Origin: Ophelia neglecta
Taxonomy: Eukaryota
Assembly: GCA_965285935.1 (NCBI GenBank)
Contig: OZ260661.1
Location: 108,686,001 to 108,750,000 of the forward strand
DNA: 64,000 bases
Direction: 5' to 3'
Position numbers and translations under genes: made by a program. Of this stretch, positions 54,171 to 64,000 are shown piece by piece. How positions within the stretch are numbered: position 1 is the stretch's first letter; the number at the start of each line of letters is the position of its first letter. The notes below the pieces were generated by a model. That model worked only from the letters and a program-made list of their open reading frames with translations. It had not been told where the DNA came from and searched no databases.

Positions 54171-55649
54171 AGCCACCAAATTATTATTCAAACAACTCCC
54201 CCTATGCAGGACGCAAGCTGCATAGTTTGATTAAAGAAGCTGTTATGCACAAGTTTTTTGAGGCGAATAGACTGATATCTTAAAATAGGAATGAATTCTA
54301 CCCCGAGCTTGTTTAGTCTTAAAAATATTGCATTTAGGCGAACCTGAATCAACCGAACTTTCGACCAAACTTAAATTAGCTGACGGCTGACAGTAGACTT
54401 TTGGAATGGTCAACTAGGATAGAAGCCAGAAGACAATTCAGTTGATGATCACATTTAACGATTCGCAAAAGCACATGACAAAGCCACTGATTAGTCATAA
54501 AATCTGCATCACATGTCTCCTAATCTGCCAAAATCCCAGACGTTAACGTGATGAAAGAAAACCTAACTTTCGAAGCTTAAAAAATAACTTACCATTTCTG
54601 CTGCTTATTACTGAATTGATAATTTGTTTACTGGCCAGCGCTCGCCCTTTCAACCAAGTTTAGAGTCCGGCGTTTTTCAAAAGTCAACAGGTCACAGGTA
54701 GCTAGGTAAAGTGCCAAAATATCCCGCCAGTACCGATTGCCCTGAACAAGGGACATCCTTTGTTTACAAAATCGTGTGATGTATTGTTCTTTTAATGTTC
54801 GTTTATTGGCTATAAAATTTCATTCATTGCCCTATTGGATCATGTAATCCATATGGTCATCATGTGACGACTGCTAACCACAATATCAGCAATATGGGCA
54901 ACCAGCCAGCGGCGCTCGCATACATAGTGTGCAGGGGCAGTGACCTAGTCTAGTTCGCGTAAGGTGAAAATCATGAGATTATGTCGGACGAGCAGAGTCC
55001 AAATGTTAAATGTGGGGATGTTCAAAGATTTTCGCAAGTTGGCTCTAAGGTGTAACATACCCGCCTAATTAGAGATAACTCAGCACTTAAAGTGACCGAA
55101 TGGACTTCATCCCCGGCCTATGAAAAAGTCTGATTCAGCAGCCGGAGTTTCCAAGCCCCTATTTTCTCGGCCCTCGATCCCAAAAACCAATCCTGAATTC
55201 AATCCACCCATACTCACCACCTTGCATCCACCCCTTCCTCAACGTCCACTCACACACCCCCTGTCCCAGCCCCCCCCCCCCCCACACACACACACACTCC
55301 GAGAATGGCTTACGATTTACTGGGCCTCGATATTATCATACATGTATTAGGCCTATTCAATCGGCTCCACACACCTGCTGACCCAAACGGCGGTCATCAG
55401 TGAGACCCATGCATGGAAAACCAATTATCATGGCTGACAGAAGGAGTGGGTTTGTACATTACAAAACACATTTTTCTTTCTGTTTAATTTTGCCTGATAA
55501 TTGCCTGATTCCCGAGGTCAAAAAAGAGCAAAACAAAACGTACGGTTTTCTTCCGTCAATAAATTGAAGATATCGATCCCATGAGCACACCATGCAATGG
55601 GGGTAATATTTTGAAAATTATGCATGGATATATTCCGAAGAGGGAATCC

Positions 55650-55900
55650 AGCTGAATACTACACAATTTTACATATCGCCGTATAATCGCAAGAAGCTCA
55701 GTAGGCTGCAAGTTATTCCCACTGCACTAATATTGAACCGTGTTCCCGACCTGGTTGAACCTTGTAACTTTAAACTGTTGGCCTTCAGAAAACCTCAGAA
55801 GGACTTTGCCAAGTTGGCATCTGTCTGGCCTCGGTCCACTTTCATCATAAATCATTGCAGGGTGAAGGCCTTCAGACTCTTTGTGTGGACTAAAACAGGC
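55650..55900 (-). mobile_element. Possible decayed L2/CR1 RT fragment
   Basis: Minus frame QTDANLAKSF*GFLKANSLKL resembles the post-YADD LQxDLxxxxxWxxxNxLKLN segment. Confidence 0.35.
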
Positions 55901-57467
55901 TACTAATCGGTCCTTTGCTTTTAAATGTGTGAGGAAAACATACAGAGAACAGTAGGGCGAGAGTGTTATAATGCATTATGATTTGACGTAGTGCAAAAAA
56001 ACGCCACAGATCGGCTCTATTCGCCTCTTGTTTTGCTTTATTTAACATTCATACCCTCTGTTTACACTGTTAAAAGGGGCGGAATTGGGGCCGTTGCAAG
56101 TGGGCCTCGCCCCTCTTGAAATGTCCCTCTGTGCTTTTATTTAGAAAAACGGAGTTAGCATGTCGATCGGTGTGTGGAGATTCCCCCATTCAAAGCAACT
56201 ACGCCATGTATTTCCCCCACAATCTGTCATTAACCCGTTAGCTTAGATCAGTATATAGAACAATTTTTTTTTTCATGTGTCCTGGTAATTTAAGAGAAAT
56301 AGATAATGGCACCTATGGGCATTTTGCCACGTATCGGTTGGCCTTTTGATGTCGCCGGCGTATATGGCAAAAGCCCACCTGTGTATATAATTTCTTCAAC
56401 ACTATTTATGTTATTTATTCCTTGCACAGAATACTAAAAGCGTTAGATTTTAATGAACATGCTCCCAAAGCTACGGTCAGGAAAACATAAAATTGAACTC
56501 AAACTATCCTTTTTAATAGCTGCTTGTGGCTAAAGGTGAACCTTTTGACCAGTGCTCCCCTATAACTACAGAGCTCACAAATCTACTCATGCAGACGACA
56601 ACCACTACTACCAATACTATCAAGCCATTGAACCGTTTGCTTAACATTTACATGCCAGTCACTTAACCCGTGCCGTTATGCAATATCAGGTTAAGGAATT
56701 GTATCTGAGGTCATTCCTTTCTCTCCTCGGAAACATGCCAGGAAACGAGCAAGGCCGAGCTGTTATGAGTCAACGGAATATATGAAAGCCGACGAACAGA
56801 CTTGAGAACGGTTCATAAAGCAGGCGCCACAAGACTGCGTAGCAGCGCCCAGCCAGCTACACTGTTCAGACAAAGGAACATGGCAGACCAGATGACTCGG
56901 GCTCGGTAAAAGCACGCAAGATGAACGAATTAGGCAGAAAGGGATCTGAAACATTATAATATGGTTCTGAGGGCCAGCAGCGTCAACTAGATTGTTCTCG
57001 GCTATTTGGTAAGCTTTAATTAGATATGTATATTTTCATATTTATTCCATATAGGCCTATAGGCTATATCATATGTATTGGCCAATTCTAAATGCAAGAT
57101 ACACTGTATGTCAGTTTTCATCGAGTTGTCTTGTTCCTATATAAGTGTAGACATGCATATAAGGCGGAAGCCTATAAATGGCGTTTTATTGATTCAAGAC
57201 AAATATTTGAAAGAAACAATACGGATTGGCCTAGTGCATATTTTATATCACAGGTTTGCCGACTGCTTGGTGTCTTATTAAGGATTGAATTTATATATCC
57301 ATTTCGGTAACAGGAAGTGAAAGCTTCGAGTATGTATCATGAAACGTAGGGTCGTCGCCACTCAAAAACGTGTTAGGGGCGGATGGAAGATGTGTAGGTG
57401 TGTTAGGGGGGGGAGGTGCATTTCATTTCTGCTTTAGTTTTATGCCTTTGCAAGGCATGTGTACAAT

Positions 57468-57469
<2 letters not shown>

Positions 57470-57520
<51 letters not shown>
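57470..57520. repeat. (GA)n microsatellite
   Basis: About 24 perfect GA units. Confidence 0.98.
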
Positions 57521-57524
<4 letters not shown>

Positions 57525-58231
57525 AAAAGCTTTACTATTTCTTTCTCTGTTTGCATTTCTGGACACTTCAAGTTATCTCAGAGAAAAAAAGTTTTTTTTT
57601 CTTGGCCTTGATATGTTAGGACTTTAATTAAGACTGAAATTTGTCCAGAGTCGACTTTGAGACAGGCATGTTTACTGTCCCTTTCGGGGAGGGGGGGGGG
57701 GGGGTGAGCTTGCATCTCTTGTGTCTTATTTTTGCTTCCTTGTCGGAGACTAATGAACCAGTATTATCTAATCACGAGCCTGATTGTTCCATACAAATAT
57801 CGTATAACGTGATGAGTCAAGCGTACCTGTCTGGAACATTCGACCACGGTGTAAATCACTTGAAGGTCAGATTGGTGGGTTCGAATTAAAAAGCCAATTT
57901 CATGGGATTGGATCATTCGGTCGGGGTTAACACCGGTTGAAAGTCGTACAATGTGTTTAATATCTCCATTATCTGATACTGACATTGTAATTAACTCTCA
58001 GCGCTGTGCGAAAATACTCAATAACGAGCTCGTGCACAACGTTTTGACGGGCGAGTAATCTCAGTAAATGAGTCATCAGTGGACGTTTAATTTCCGCTGA
58101 TGTATTACTGGTTCCCAGCCGATGACGTATAGTACTTTATGTAAGGCCTATGGCATAAAACAGGTCAATTATTAGTTAACCAGTCGCATGGAGACACCAC
58201 GCCGGCGGTGAAGCATACCCCCGGCTATATA

Positions 58232-58409
58232 CAGTGAAACCTGCCTTAAAGACCACCTCTATAATCAGACCACCTGTCAATTCAGACCACTAACATGAGG
58301 ACCATGCTGTATACTTTCAATGTTAAATGACCTATCTAAACAGACCACCTCCAAAATCAGACCAGCATTTTCCAGTCCCTTGGTTAGTCTTAATTCATGG
58401 GTTTCACTG
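58232..58409. mobile_element. Tc1/mariner-pogo (Tigger-like) MITE
   Basis: TA|CAGTGAAACC ... GGTTTCACTG|TA: perfect 10-bp TIR with TA TSD; internal AGACCAC repeats. Confidence 0.85.
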
Positions 58410-59511
58410 TATATACATGTACATGTACCTACAAAATCATATATAAAAGTAAAGCCTACCGCATTGGGCAACAGGCTCCCTCATACGTGCAGTGACTCCC
58501 GGCCTCCCTCCGTGTAAGGCAAAGTACCCACATACAAACACATATTCATTCTGCATTTTTCAGATAGTTCTTAAAATGTGAGAACTAAATATAATCATTC
58601 TGTATTGGAGTTCCACTGTTTTTATGCCAGTTCCTTCTCGCCACAAAGTCTAACATATTAAGACGTTTCGACATACAGGGAAAAGGAGAAGAAAACTACG
58701 TAAATTATTTATCATCTATGCCTTCAGGTTCTGTTTTTAGTTCCTGGATTCATTGTACCGTCTTAAATATCCGGCGGTTATCGGTGTGTTTCGAGTTATT
58801 TATAAACATTACCGGCCAAGAACGAACTTAATGATCTATCCAACAAGTGGACAGGAGGAAGTCTTTATATGTGATTATAAAAATCCAGATATTGATAACA
58901 TTATCTCCAAAAATCATCTGCATCAATAAATGACTACTAGTATAAAGAGTATCCAAAATTCAAGAATGTTCGCTTGGTATTCGACCGTGTAAAGCTCTGT
59001 AAAGTAATTTACCCGCTTCACCCAGAATAAATCTTTAGATAAATCTAGTTTTGGTGCCTATGTTTACAAATATTGGCAGATCATCAGTTCTTTTGAAGCA
59101 ATAACGTTACACATTTAACTCAATTCCGTTTGCTGCTTTAGCAATAGGCCTATGCAGAACCTCCCCCTTTGAATTTCTATGACCGTGTCCGTGCTATGAT
59201 ACCAGTATCAGTGAACACCAGGGCTTGGTGATGGTCGATGAGATAAAATCTCCAGTTCACGACATTGTACGTGGAGTATTATATTCGTTTCTAAACTGCT
59301 TGAACATAACTGAGCACACGGAAGTTAACGGAATCAACGTGGCTCCTGTTAATGTTTGCCCCTCGAGCGACGCTGCCTAGCAACAACGAGCGTGGTGCAT
59401 ACTACTACAGGGCTACCTGATTTTGGATTATCGCTCATGTTTCGGTCGTTTCATTTCAGTGTCATTCTAAACCCGATCTTGAAACTCGTATCCAGAATTC
59501 TCAGCAAAACC

Positions 59512-62394
59512 ATGGAAGGAAACCGACCAGTTTGCAAGCGACGATGGGAACATATGAACGGCACCATACAGGATCACCGGGACTTCACGGTTATGACTTA
59601 CAACATACTATCTGATGTTTATGTGAAGCCTGGAGACTACAACTACTGCCCCGAGGAGGCACGTTACCAGAAATCACGGGCATCTCACATTGTGTCAGAA
59701 GTGGAATTCTACTGCCCTGATGTCGTCTGCTATCAGGAGGTCGCAGAGGACCATTTTGTCTCCATGTTGTCTCGGTTAATGGAGAAGATCGGCTACGCCG
59801 GCTGTCATATGTCGTACATACATCGCAAAAACGATGGACTAAGTATCTTTTACAAGCAAACCACTCTTTCTTTAATACGGGTGGACAAATTTCAAGTTGG
59901 AAATCTCATCAATGAGTATGCAAAGGTAATAGTGCAAAATTAGGGATTAGCGACACTGTAATAAGTTAGGCCTATATCTTAGTAAGTTGCTTATGTGCCG
60001 GGGATATATTTCATATTCATGCTTGTTCATTAGGTTTATTATTTTATGATTTACTTGCTTCAACTATAAAGGTAAAACTGTAAACATTTTTTATTACATT
60101 TGACAGAAGAATCTAGACAACAAGATGGCCGCTGCCCTAGGGAATGTCGCCAAACTGAGTTGCGGCTTACTAGTGGGCCAATTCAAACAACTGGCGGACA
60201 ACAAAGTGGTCACTATCGGCAATGTACACGTCACGTGGAGCGAATTCCAGTTACCAGGCCTGCAAACTCTAGAGGTGGGAGGCTCAAAAAATGAGTTTTA
60301 GTGGAGAGGGGATATTGGATATAGACCTATAAGATTATGTTTGCGTGTTACATGTCTATATATCTATATACCTATATATTTATAGTTATATTTCTGTGTA
60401 TATATCTATATATCTATATAGCTATATATCTATATCTATTGTTATTTATTATATGTAACCGTTATGTTTTTTTATCTGTTTGGCGGGACCCCCGAGTACA
60501 TTTGCTGCGATCCAGGGTAAAGATTTTGAATAAATAAATAAATAAGCAGTTTTATATCTAAGAAACTAATACAAGACCAATTTTGTCATTTAGGTCGCTG
60601 TCTCTTATCACGCTGTCAAAGATGTAGCCAAGGGGAGCCCCTTTATCCTGTGTGGAGACTTTAACAGCACACCCACCTACGCCCCCTACCATCTTCTGTC
60701 TCGAGGATCCCTCGAACCAGACGACTCCGTATGGAACACGTATCCTGAATTCAGAATATTTGAGATCAGGGATAGGCCTAAGACGGAGCGAAGTGGCAGT
60801 CGAGCAGCTTCCACAGTTGAAGTGTCCATGACAGATACACTGTTGAATGGATCGGCTTATGCTGAAAAATGGGTAATTATTATATTATTATTAAGTTATC
60901 ATGGGTAGAGCTACCTCATATAGGACGCATTCCATGTAACTTGGGACCATACGTTACATTCATATTAATTAAAAATTCAAACTGTTCGATAGCCTAATAA
61001 AATTATGGTAGAATAATATGCTTAGATTACCAAGCAGCATGTCACTAGCTTTTCTGTGATTTTTTCTGAGGTATTTCTATTAAAACAGTTAAAACTGAAG
61101 ATCCACTCAAGTTGTTAAACAAAATTTTAAGAATTTGGTTAAAAGCTTTAAGATAAATGAAGTGACCTCAATCCATTTTGCATAAGTAGAGAAAGGAATG
61201 GTGCGTTCTATACTATAAAAAAGAATTAAAATGATTTGCACATGAAAGCAAACAAATGTTCTTTTCACTTTCAAATGTACATGAACCTGTCATCGATGAA
61301 ATAAGTTTACAAATCCTGCTGCATTGCATTTTTTTTTACTAATAAACATCTTTTAATCAAATGCCGAGGACATGAATAGGCCGATTAGTTCGGCTGCAAT
61401 CAAAGAGTGAAGAAGGGCGGCGAAAAATATAACGCTGAATCCCGTCTAAAAAGGCTTTTTTAAAAGAAAAGTGTTAACATATCTAATTCATTAACTAAAT
61501 AGTCCCGGTATCTTATAAAATAAATATTGCTCGTCCAAATCAACATCATATTGGCAGAAGTCAGACTTAAGTACATTAGTTAATAAAGGTATAGGGTAAA
61601 ATTAATTGGTTAACAAAATGGGCCCCAATTTACACGAAAAGCGTCAAAGGTAAGAAAAAGTCAAAAACCGTTACGATTTGATTGGACAGAACAGTAAAAG
61701 AGAGTTTACATTATAATGTCATCCATTTCAATTGACTTGTAGTTTTAGATTTAAATATATAATATGAAGATTTTTTTTAGAATCATGCATAAGACGATTT
61801 CTGAAATAAAAAAGTTATTAAAAAATGTCATTGAATCAAGAAGTCAGAAGTTAAATGCTTACATTTTTTTTTTTTATTGTTGTCACTTTTTGTACTTCTA
61901 CTCTTTAGTTAGTTAATTTTCAGTTGATTGTTTTTTGAATGGTGCTATGTATATGTTCTTTTCGCTTCAGTCAAACGAAGTGAAGGAGGTTGTCGGTACG
62001 AAAATGCGCCAATTTTTAGGCGCATTTACCACCGACATTCCAATGAAAAGTGCCTATAATTCGGTACTGGTGAGTACGAGAAAGGTTTGAATTGTGTGAT
62101 TGAACTGAAGAGAATGTAGTAAGCGTAAAGTAATAGTAAACACCTTCTTTAGTAATAGAAATTTCTATATTCTAGGGCCGTGAACCGGATGTGACTAACT
62201 GTGACGCAGAGACGTGGAAAGGTCACGTGCACGAGATCTGTGTAGATTATTTGTGGTACACAAAGGATCTTCTGGCTACACGGGTATTGGATTCTCCAGC
62301 CAGAGAGTCTATCAGGAGACATTTAGCTCTTCCCAGCGTCCTGCATCCCTCAGATCATATTCCGCTTATGGCTGGCTTCCGGTTCATTCACTAA
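59512..62394 (+). CDS. CCR4/Nocturnin/Angel/PDE12-family EEP phosphoesterase, paralog 2 (~392 aa)
   Basis: Exons 59512-59925, 60107-60274, 60594-60872, 61971-62069, 62176-62394; total 1179 nt, all GT-AG, same intron positions as paralog 1. Motifs TYNIL, CYQEV, GNVHV, CGDFNS, VDYLWY, PSDHIPL. Confidence 0.92.
60350..60440. repeat. TA/TATC low-complexity microsatellite in intron 2 of EEP paralog 2
   Basis: Repeated TATATC/TATA units. Confidence 0.8.
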
Positions 62395-64000
62395 ATGGAC
62401 ATGCAGTGCGCTAGAATTAAAAGTGGGTTTAATTTCATATTTACATGAAGTAAACGTTACCTTGGTCACAGTGGCACTAACTCCCAAGTGAGGAACGTAA
62501 CTTTAGCCACTGTGAGAAGGGTAAGTAAAAGTATGGAAGGTATTAGAGTTTGTTCGAACATGCCTGTTTTCAAAGTTTCCTATTTGTATCGTTTATTTTG
62601 CTCTTTAATATTAACAAGAAGAGTCTTTATAACCAGTATTTAAAGGTAATAACGACACGTAACCTCACTGTGGCATTAATAACCTACCGAGATAACTTAA
62701 GTGACCGAGGAGGCATAAAACATAATACCAATTTTAGAAACAAATTTTCCAGGGAGGATTGGCGCCCAAACACCGCCCCCCCCCCATCGCCTCCCCTCCT
62801 CTGCAGGTAAATAAATTCCGTAATAGCCCCTACAGGCCCTAACAGAAATAAGTCAGTTGTCAATGGAACGGTTGCCATTAAAATTACAAACGACGCACAA
62901 TGTATGTTCTTACATCAAGAACTTATTCGAATGAACCCTTAGGTGTGGATCAACAGTGTATCTTATTAAATCGTACCTCGCGATATGTAACGTAATTGGT
63001 AAAGTGTGTTTTTTTTTTCGTTTTATACAACGCTTTTGAGGTCACTGGCACTCTAGTCAGGGTATGTTTCACGATTCCCGGTGAAGGAAAACTAAATTTT
63101 ACAATTAATAATTTTGAGGATTAGTTTCGTGCCTATCATCAGTCACGAAAATACTCGAAATACTCATGCAGGTACCCACTCTACCCAGCCCCAATTTATA
63201 TTGAATTTAAATGTGCATATATCAACAGAGATCATAAAGACATGGGGCGGCTTTTGGTCCATGTCTAGTCGGTGTGATGATACACCGACTCATTGTTTGA
63301 GTGGCTGTTAACACACTGATTATAGTTGTGTCTAATTGATATAAACATTTAAATATTGTATGACGTTATAAAAAAAACACTCATCTGCGAAAATAAATGG
63401 GTAAGGCCTATAATGTATGAGGCTGTGGGTATTCCAGACTCGTGGTTTTCACCATGTACCTGCTTATATCTTAAATTTTTTGTTATTCCTTTTATGTTAT
63501 TATACTACATGATAAGCTGATATTCAGTTTTATATGGAATATGATATTATAGTACATGATGTGCTGATATTTAGTTTGGTATTGCACGATTAGCTGATAT
63601 TCAGTTTGTATCATTTATTTCATGTATTCAATAAAATGACGTTTCCTGTATACCTAATCGTATTTCCAGTTGTTACCTCGAACAAAACTATAGCCTTGCC
63701 TTTGCCCAATATAATACGAGTCAATGTGTTAATTGACTTGTAAGATTGAGTATAAAAATGTTATAGGGCACATGACATAAATAACATATAAATTATGATA
63801 TCTAAACTATAATACTGTATTGTTATTATTGCAAATTTCAAAAATAAAACTTTATAAGGTACTACTATGGGGTACTGCTTTTTGAAATTGATATATTGGT
63901 ATAGATATATGTATCTGTATCTGTTTTTTGCATATAAATATCATTTTAAAATAACAGTTTAAATAGTAACGTTTTCTAGTGTGAGGATTCCACCAATGCA

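Noticed and set aside
57860-57940. GGTTCGAAT B-box-like motif suggesting a tRNA or SINE (similar weak motif near 35955)
   Set aside because: No cloverleaf or convincing A-box could be built.
59356-59511. Upstream in-frame extension of EEP paralog 2 from a TTG start in the ORF track
   Set aside because: Non-ATG start; paralog 1 aligns from the ATG at 59512, and an acceptor-like CAG precedes it.
62395-62530. 3' hairpin as a SECIS element
   Set aside because: No in-frame TGA in the reconstructed CDS and no AUGA/GA quartet geometry.

Overview
AT-rich eukaryotic (animal) genomic DNA with spliceosomal introns. A marine invertebrate such as an echinoderm is my inference from repeat style and composition, not something the sequence proves. 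I reconstructed four + strand multi-exon genes by hand. (1) The 3' half of a TRPC-type cation channel (152-7480). (2) An SLC17/sialin-like MFS anion transporter (40792-45195; first exon not located) that lacks the sialin proton-coupling residues and carries a ~245-aa low-complexity tail ending in ESIV. (3, 4) Two tandem, intact paralogous CCR4/Angel/PDE12-family EEP phosphoesterases (51124-53025 and 59512-62394) with identical 5-exon structure; the first uses a GC-AG intron and has His->Gln in a conserved active-site motif. Between ~7.5 and ~40.5 kb I found no gene: the region holds heavily decayed LINE-like and possibly Penelope-like remnants, minisatellites, MITEs and one assembly gap. No prokaryotic features, CRISPR arrays, rRNA or convincing tRNA genes were seen. 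All alignments and counts were done by eye; residue numbers of reference proteins are from memory and need confirming.
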